Part shown: in pieces, positions 1-4,658 of the stretch
Position numbering within the stretch: position 1 is the first letter of the stretch
Layout of the letters: every line of letters starts with the position of its first letter
Assembly: GCA_018819165.1 (NCBI GenBank)
Contig: JAHJQP010000020.1
Location: 1-44,228 of the forward strand
DNA: 44,228 bases
Direction: 5' to 3'
Source of the DNA: Pseudomonadota bacterium
GTDB taxonomy: Bacteria; Desulfobacterota; Syntrophia; Syntrophales; UBA5619
The notes under the pieces: model-generated
What the model saw: the letters and a program-made list of their open reading frames with translations, nothing else
Told to the model about the DNA's origin: nothing
Databases searched by the model: none
Program-made: the position numbers and the translations under genes

Positions 1-140
1 CAGCGGCTGACGTACACGCGAGCTTGCTCGCGGGGACGGCTGCCCGCTGCAGCCGCTTGATGGACTGGCGCGAAGCGCCAGGACAAAAGCGGATGGCAAT
101 CAGCAGCGCCGATGGCTCGGCGCGAAGCGTCCGAGCCATC
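1..140. repeat. Cluster of GC-rich stem-loops, truncated by the window edge
   Basis: Read directly from the sequence. AGCGGCTG (2-9) pairs with CAGCCGCT (50-57), with an inner CGCGAGC/GCTCGCG stem at 17-32. CCGCTT (53-58) pairs with AAGCGG (87-92) and encloses CTGGCGC-GAA-GCGCCAG (65-81). GATGGCTCGGCGC-GAA-GCG-T-CCGAGCCATC spans 111-140 with T130 bulged. The core GCGAAGC occurs twice (70-76, 122-128) and CGGATGGCAAT occurs twice (90-100, 153-163). Confidence 0.5.
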
Positions 141-143
141 GCC

Positions 144-199
144 CCGCATAACCGGATGGCAATGGAGCGTAGCGGAATTGCCAGTCCGAGTTAATGCGG
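144..199 (-). other. attC-like recombination-site hairpin (candidate attC-2); the plus strand would be the bottom strand
   Basis: A 20-bp interrupted stem: 144-152 pairs with 190-199, 153-156 with 185-188, and 157-163 with 177-183. The loop is 13 nt (164-176). AAC (150-152) pairs with GTT (190-192). The three unpaired bases (G184, A189, A194) all lie on the same arm. The site sits 25 nt downstream of the stop of the 224-895 ORF. Confidence 0.45.
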
Positions 200-223
200 T
201 TGTTGTGTGCCATTTTGGTACTA

Positions 224-895
224 CTACTGCTTCTCTGCGATTAGTTTTACCGTCTTTTTGGCAAAAGACTCGAAAATATGGGCTATGATAGGGATTTTCT
301 TTTGGGAATCATTTTTTGTGCCTTGCGTGCCAAGCCCCATGTCGATTCCCATATTTTTCTCGACGTCAAGTGCCATAAACCCAAAATAGTGTGAGAATCC
401 TACTTCGGTACTTCCAAAAGAAACATTAATAAAGGCAGAAAGACGGTTTACGAAATCAAGTTTTTGTGAATTTCTTTTTAGATCTGTGGTTGCGTTGCTA
501 TGAAGTTCCAAGTTATCAGCAACCCACATGGCGGATACACCACACAAAGGGGCCTTAGTCTCCTTGGTTCGCAGTTTTGTATATTCGTAATAATCATCAA
601 ATAACTCGGCATCTATTTGCCACTGCTTTGATAGAGCTCTTTTAACCTCATTCCGCACCTGGGGGTCAGAGAGCACGCCTTCAGCATGAACAGCGACACC
701 TGTCATAGCAATTGTCATAAGACAATCCCAAACTTCCACAAGATTCGAATCAATAATGGCTCCATAGTCGGGAAAACAGTTGACGATTGGCATGAGAGAA
801 GCCTTAGCAAGGGTATTTGTTTCCCATACAATATAATCAAATTCTCCTTCTTTATTCTTCTGCGATGATCTTCTGTTAAATGGCCAAAATTTCAT
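224..895 (-). CDS. Hypothetical protein (223 aa from ATG 895; the ORF extends to a TTG at 925)
   Basis: Long ORF in the AT-rich island. AGGAG lies 9 nt upstream of ATG 895 (MKFWPFNRR...). There is a double TAG stop (224-226, 221-223). I recognise no family motif. Confidence 0.6.
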   Translation of the reverse strand: MKFWPFNRRSSQKNKEGEFDYIVWETNTLAKASLMPIVNCFPDYGAIIDSNLVEVWDCLMTIAMTGVAVHAEGVLSDPQVRNEVKRALSKQWQIDAELFDDYYEYTKLRTKETKAPLCGVSAMWVADNLELHSNATTDLKRNSQKLDFVNRLSAFINVSFGSTEVGFSHYFGFMALDVEKNMGIDMGLGTQGTKNDSQKKIPIIAHIFESFAKKTVKLIAEKQ

Positions 896-979
896 TACTT
901 CTTTCTCCTGTTCCAGATTTATCAAAACACAATCACCTGCCGTCCAGTCATAAAAGAGAGCGGAAATGTATTTACCTCC

Positions 980-1714
980 CTATGTGACTTCAAATCTGTG
1001 AATGGGAACAGACATTTTGACCAAGGTTGTCACTCGAACGGTTTTGCCATTCAGCTTTACTTTTGCAATTCGCTTTGAATGATCGACATCGAGAATCTGA
1101 CCCAACTGGCTTGAATACAAGCAATCCTCACCAGGAATGACTTGATTCCATCTTGTAGGGCGCCAAAATGGTTTGAGGGGACGCAGTTTCGCTTTATCGC
1201 GTTCCCAAAATTCGTGATGTTTATCGCCAAGGCGACCATTCTTTTGCACATTTACTGAATCGATTATCCAGAAAGGACCAGTGTTCCAACCATAAACAGA
1301 ACGAACTCCCTTTACTGACCAAACCTGCCCCGGCATTCCTTTGATCTCAAAAACATCACCTCCCTTTAGCGGACAAGCAGGCGTGATGTTTTTTTCCAAA
1401 TAGTCATTTATTTTAGTCCATAGAGAAGCCGCTTTTTTCTCTGCCTCAGAATGAGCATAAAGAAGCTGATAAAGTTCAAGGTGGCGCTCATTCCTTAATA
1501 CTTTATCACTTTGTTGGATAGAAAAATGATTCCATGCAGCAATCGCATGCCTATCTTCCTTTTCTGAAAAATACTTATCGCATTTCTTGCAGCCAACAAT
1601 AGTGTTTTCATGCACGCTATGGTCTATTTCTGGAATCCACCGTATCACAAGGGATTCACGGGAGCCGCATAGAGGGCATGTTAAAACGTCAAATTCTTTG
1701 GCAGATTGTTCCAT
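980..1714 (-). CDS. Lar-like zinc-ribbon (restriction-alleviation family-like) N-terminal domain fused to an unknown beta-rich C-terminal domain of about 170 aa
   Basis: The N-terminus reads LTCPLCGS...VGCKKCD...HAIAAWNH. This matches the CPxCG...CxxC...AIxAWN pattern of Lar-family proteins. The start is uncertain: ATG 1714 or TTG 1729, and neither has a clear RBS. Confidence 0.6.
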   Translation of the reverse strand: MEQSAKEFDVLTCPLCGSRESLVIRWIPEIDHSVHENTIVGCKKCDKYFSEKEDRHAIAAWNHFSIQQSDKVLRNERHLELYQLLYAHSEAEKKAASLWTKINDYLEKNITPACPLKGGDVFEIKGMPGQVWSVKGVRSVYGWNTGPFWIIDSVNVQKNGRLGDKHHEFWERDKAKLRPLKPFWRPTRWNQVIPGEDCLYSSQLGQILDVDHSKRIAKVKLNGKTVRVTTLVKMSVPIHRFEVT

Positions 1715-1723
1715 ACCTTCAGC

Positions 1724-1786
1724 ACACAACGATTGAGGTCAGCGGCGGGCAGTTTTTCGCCCGTCCGCTGTAGTGACTGGTTAGGC
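1724..1786 (-). other. attC-like recombination site (candidate attC-1, 63 bp)
   Basis: Plus strand: ACACAAC (1724-1730), a 9-nt spacer, then an 11-bp stem (1740-1750 pairs with 1759-1770) with extrahelical T1764 and an 8-nt loop, another 9-nt spacer, then GTTAGGC (1780-1786). Read on the minus strand this is GCCTAAC...GTTGTGT, the order R''...R'. Confidence 0.5.
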
Positions 1787-1902
1787 GGTCATCTGTTCCC
1801 TTTATTTTTTTTCATCCTTCGTTGTGCCGGCGCCGGGCATGGGGTTTATTGTAACATTGTTCATTTATTCAATTAGAGGGCAGAAATCATCTACACAAAT
1901 AT

Positions 1903-2733
1903 TTACTTAATTATAGCATTTCTATTAATTATCTTGTAACCGTCACAATCGCGGACATCAACAAATGCTTCTGCCTTCACGATGCAAGACACGACGCCGC
2001 TTTCAATCACAACCCAAACATTCCCGTAGTTATATTTTAGATCGCTTCCATGAGATACTTTTGATCGGGGCTCGCCGGCGAATTTAATTACCTCCTGAGG
2101 CGTCATGCCCCGTTCAAGATTTTGTATGGCGGTTTTTGCTTTTGATTTTATGTCAAATTTCACCTTTTCTAATTCATCCATCTTTCCAAAAGCTTCCACT
2201 CGTTCTTTCCGAAGCGTAACTACTTCATCTATATTCTTTGTAGTAAGTTGTTGTTGCAATTTTTTCAGATTATCTTCCAGCCCTTGAAGCTGTCGTTGCT
2301 GATCAATGACCTTTTTCTCTAGCTCCCTATCAGACTTAATTTGCTTTACTCTCTCCCGAAAGGAACCGATATCAACATCAGCCTTAACCGTCATGAAGAT
2401 GATTTGATTTTCACCGACAAATTTAATTTCTTCGGAGGCAATCTCAACTTTAACGATCGCTCCGGCGAAAGTCTTTATCTCATCACGGGTCAAGTTGAAA
2501 TTCTTTATCTCTGTGGAACTTTCAATATATGTTCCTGCTTTTTCGATAGCCAATCGCTTAGCTTCAAGGAAGCAAATCCTTTTTGCATCATTTTTGGTAT
2601 CGTTATCACCCATCGTGTATTTGTAGCTGGCGAAAACAGATTCTGAGGCGGAGTAAGCTGATGAAGAAAAGGATAAGAAAATTATGATAAACAATAGTGA
2701 AATGAAGGGAGTTTTATTGTCCTCTGTTTTCAT
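1903..2733 (-). CDS. Secreted or periplasmic coiled-coil protein (N-terminal LPP20-like region, C-terminal BamE/SmpA-like region), function unknown
   Basis: Signal peptide MKTEDNKTPFISLLFIIIFLSFSSSAYSA. The central segment is rich in heptad-like charged repeats (KQIKSDRELEKKVIDQQRQLQGLEDNLKKLQQQL). The C-terminus contains GMTPQEVIKFAGEP. AAGGAG lies upstream of ATG 2733. Confidence 0.7.
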   Translation of the reverse strand: MKTEDNKTPFISLLFIIIFLSFSSSAYSASESVFASYKYTMGDNDTKNDAKRICFLEAKRLAIEKAGTYIESSTEIKNFNLTRDEIKTFAGAIVKVEIASEEIKFVGENQIIFMTVKADVDIGSFRERVKQIKSDRELEKKVIDQQRQLQGLEDNLKKLQQQLTTKNIDEVVTLRKERVEAFGKMDELEKVKFDIKSKAKTAIQNLERGMTPQEVIKFAGEPRSKVSHGSDLKYNYGNVWVVIESGVVSCIVKAEAFVDVRDCDGYKIINRNAIIK

Positions 2734-2802
2734 GAGCTATCTCCTTAAAAATTTCCGGAAGAACCTTCAAAATGATACTATTAGGATTTCTGATTAGCGC
2801 CG

Positions 2803-3315
2803 TTAGGCGGTCCAGCTATTAGCCTCAATGTTAACAATGAAACCTGATTTAAGTAGTTTGTTGCAAAATGGTGTAACATGTTCTGAACCACAGATGAACA
2901 ACAAAGGCCATTTGTTCAGGGTTTTAATCCTTGCTAGCCAAACAGCTTCACGCTTTCGATACTCTTTCTCGATCCGTTCCTGGATTTCCTCTCTCGACCA
3001 GTTATTTCGATATTGTCCATAATACTCTATTGTGCCTTCATTCATTATGCCAAGCTCCGATTGTTCATCTATAGTAGGGTCCGAATATTGGTGTGCTATA
3101 TTGAAGCTTTGAGCTACTTGAAATGGAATGGACTCATCCTGACTATTTTCATTTAAAACCTCTTTATTCATCTCTTCTGCAATTGCATGAATGCTATGCT
3201 TTTTTACTAAAACGGATAGATAATTTCGAAACTTTTCAATCTCATCATTTGATCGGCATTTATCAGACCACTGAAACTCATGATTTGTACCGACTATGAC
3301 GATAATTTTATCCAT
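2803..3315 (-). CDS. Small Tiki/TraB/GumN (EreA-like) superfamily-like protein (tentative)
   Basis: A 170-aa ORF with IVGTNHE near the N-terminus, AEE in the middle and ICGSEHV near the C-terminus. This resembles the GTxH...E...GxxH signature of that superfamily. The TAA stop (2803-2805) lies inside GCCTAAC. Confidence 0.55.
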   Translation of the reverse strand: MDKIIVIVGTNHEFQWSDKCRSNDEIEKFRNYLSVLVKKHSIHAIAEEMNKEVLNENSQDESIPFQVAQSFNIAHQYSDPTIDEQSELGIMNEGTIEYYGQYRNNWSREEIQERIEKEYRKREAVWLARIKTLNKWPLLFICGSEHVTPFCNKLLKSGFIVNIEANSWTA

Positions 3316-3342
3316 TGCATCGAGCCTAACAATGTTTATATT

Positions 3343-3480
3343 GATCCGTATAAAAACCCAAAAGCCGCAATATTTGCCGTATAAGACGCCGACGGAAATT
3401 ATAATTTATCAGTCATAAACATCATTGTATCTAATGGTTACGCATGAGCGTTGTTTTTGTCATGGTGTTTTATACGGATC
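3343..3480. repeat. 13-bp perfect inverted repeat (GATCCGTATAAAA at 3343-3355 / TTTTATACGGATC at 3468-3480) enclosing reiterated CCGTATAA motifs
   Basis: CCGTATAA occurs at 3346-3353 and 3377-3384 (direct) and at 3470-3477 (inverted). A variant GGTATAAAA lies at 3481-3489. The region is immediately upstream (minus-strand sense) of the first cassette boundary GTTAGGC. Confidence 0.5.
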
Positions 3481-3510
3481 GGTATAAAATCCTCTGCGAC
3501 CTCCCAATCA

Positions 3511-3547
3511 GTAATAAAAACCCCCGTTCTTTTCTTGGGAACGGGGT
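3511..3547 (-). terminator. Rho-independent terminator with no gene directly upstream (orphan)
   Basis: The minus strand reads CCCCGTTC-9 nt loop-GAACGGGG followed by GTTTTTATTAC. The stem is 3522-3529/3539-3546. Confidence 0.6.
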
Positions 3548-3704
3548 CATGATAGCTAGTCCATATTTCCCTCCAGCACGGTTATACGTGATGGAACATA
3601 TTCAACTGCTTTTCATATTTTCAGTTTCATTATCACGATTATCTTTTGAAATCTACAATAAAAAGAATAATGTCGACCTGTTTCTTTTAGGAAGTTGTCT
3701 TTAG

Positions 3705-3744
3705 CAAAAACACCACCCGATGCGGACCCGTATGCCGGATGGTG
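3705..3744 (-). terminator. Rho-independent terminator downstream of the RhuM-family gene
   Basis: On the minus strand, CACCATCCG...CGGGTGGTG (3744-3736 pairs with 3719-3711, 8 of 9 bp) is followed by TTTTTGC. Confidence 0.5.
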
Positions 3745-3792
3745 AGGGGGCTGGGGGAGCGCCGGCATACCGATGATGCGTCTGCTTCACCA

Positions 3793-4386
3793 TCATACGG
3801 AGTTCTTGTTCACCCGGAGGGTTGCCAGCGCAGCGGCGACTTCTTTCCCCTTTGCCTCGATGATGTCCATCAGCTCTTCCGGCGTTCGGGTGTCCACATT
3901 CGGCTTCTTGTTCGGATTGACGGCCTTCAGGTCATAGACGGCGTCTTCGATTTCCTTGGCCTTGCCGGCCAGATCCCTCGATTCGCGCGTCAGGTGTTCG
4001 CGCAGAACCCCGGTAGCCCAGATGCGGAACTGCGTACCGCGCTTGGAGTTTACCCGGTAGCCGACGGAGATAATCATGTCGAGGTTGTAAAATTTCACCC
4101 TGCGCCGGATACTGCGGCTGCCTTCCCATTGAACTACCGAGAAATCCTCGGTAGTTACCGCTTTTCCCAATTCGCTTTCCTTGTAGATGTTTCTAATATG
4201 GAGGCCGATGGTATCCGAGTCTTTATCAAACAATTCGGCCATCTGTTTCTGGGAAAGCCACAACGTCTCCCGCACCAGCCGGACATCCAGCTTTATGGTG
4301 CCGTCCGGATCACTATAAAGGACAATGGCATCCCCACCATAATCACTTGGCGGTTCCCGAAGGATGTTGGGTTGCTTTCTCATCAT
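3793..4386 (-). CDS. rhuM: RhuM-family virulence/Fic-associated protein
   Basis: Contains ...IVLYSDPDGTIKLDVRLVRETLWLSQKQMAELF...LHIRNIY...KFYNLDMIISVGYRVNSKRGTQFRIWAT, which is typical of RhuM. GGAG lies upstream of ATG 4386. The start overlaps the stop of the hsdS fragment (ATGA). Confidence 0.85.
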   Translation of the reverse strand: MMRKQPNILREPPSDYGGDAIVLYSDPDGTIKLDVRLVRETLWLSQKQMAELFDKDSDTIGLHIRNIYKESELGKAVTTEDFSVVQWEGSRSIRRRVKFYNLDMIISVGYRVNSKRGTQFRIWATGVLREHLTRESRDLAGKAKEIEDAVYDLKAVNPNKKPNVDTRTPEELMDIIEAKGKEVAAALATLRVNKNSV

Positions 4387-4610
4387 AATTCTCCATTGAA
4401 CGCCCGGCGCAGCAGGGTTGCGGGCAAGGCGTTGATCGTGGCCAATTCTTCTTCCAACGCCGCGCGGGCTTTCTCCACCGCCGGATGGAGGGCCTTGAAC
4501 CACTCACCGATCCGCTCGACACCTGGCTCGATCCGGAGGAACTCGCCGGTCAGGCCGCCCGCCAACAGGCAGCCGATGGCCGCCAGGGGCTCTTCCCCGG
4601 ACAGGGCCAT
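4383..4610 (-). pseudogene. hsdS: Type I restriction-modification specificity subunit (HsdS) C-terminal fragment
   Basis: A 75-codon ORF ending ...ALEEELATINALPATLLRRAFNGEL, the conserved C-terminal helix of HsdS. No target-recognition domains are present and there is no room for them before the neighbouring gene end at 4659. Confidence 0.65.
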
Positions 4611-4658
4611 CTGCAGACCGATCAGGATTACCGCCAGGCCGAGGCCCTGTATGCGGAA

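Larger units (their letters stand above)
144..3330 (-). mobile_element. Integron-type gene-cassette array without an integrase in the window (CALIN-like); two two-gene modules
   Basis: All four ORFs are co-oriented in an AT-rich block. Module 1 starts (minus strand) at G/TTAGGC (3330-3324) and ends at an attC-like site whose inverse core is GCCTAAC (1786-1780). Module 2 starts at G/TTGTGT (1730-1724), and ACACAAC (208-202) lies next to the second attC-like hairpin. One ORF stop codon is embedded in GCCTAAC. No tyrosine recombinase ORF is present. Confidence 0.4.

Noticed and set aside
1-200. GC-rich hairpin cluster considered as a CRISPR array or as a retron msr/msd non-coding RNA.
   Set aside because: The repeats are not identical or evenly spaced with unique spacers, so it is not a CRISPR array. 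No reverse transcriptase or Cas gene is adjacent, so nothing supports a retron or CRISPR locus.
2734-2801. Spacer between the two module-1 genes, examined for a complete attC site after the GCCTAAC at 2808-2802.
   Set aside because: No stable hairpin and no credible GTTRRRY partner are present; only GTTCTTC occurs. I treat it as a relic inverse core rather than a functional attC.
3444-3704. An 86-aa plus-strand ORF in the AT-rich spacer.
   Set aside because: It runs straight through a strong terminator hairpin and the inverted-repeat region. It has no RBS and a hydrophobic, low-complexity translation typical of AT-rich non-coding DNA.
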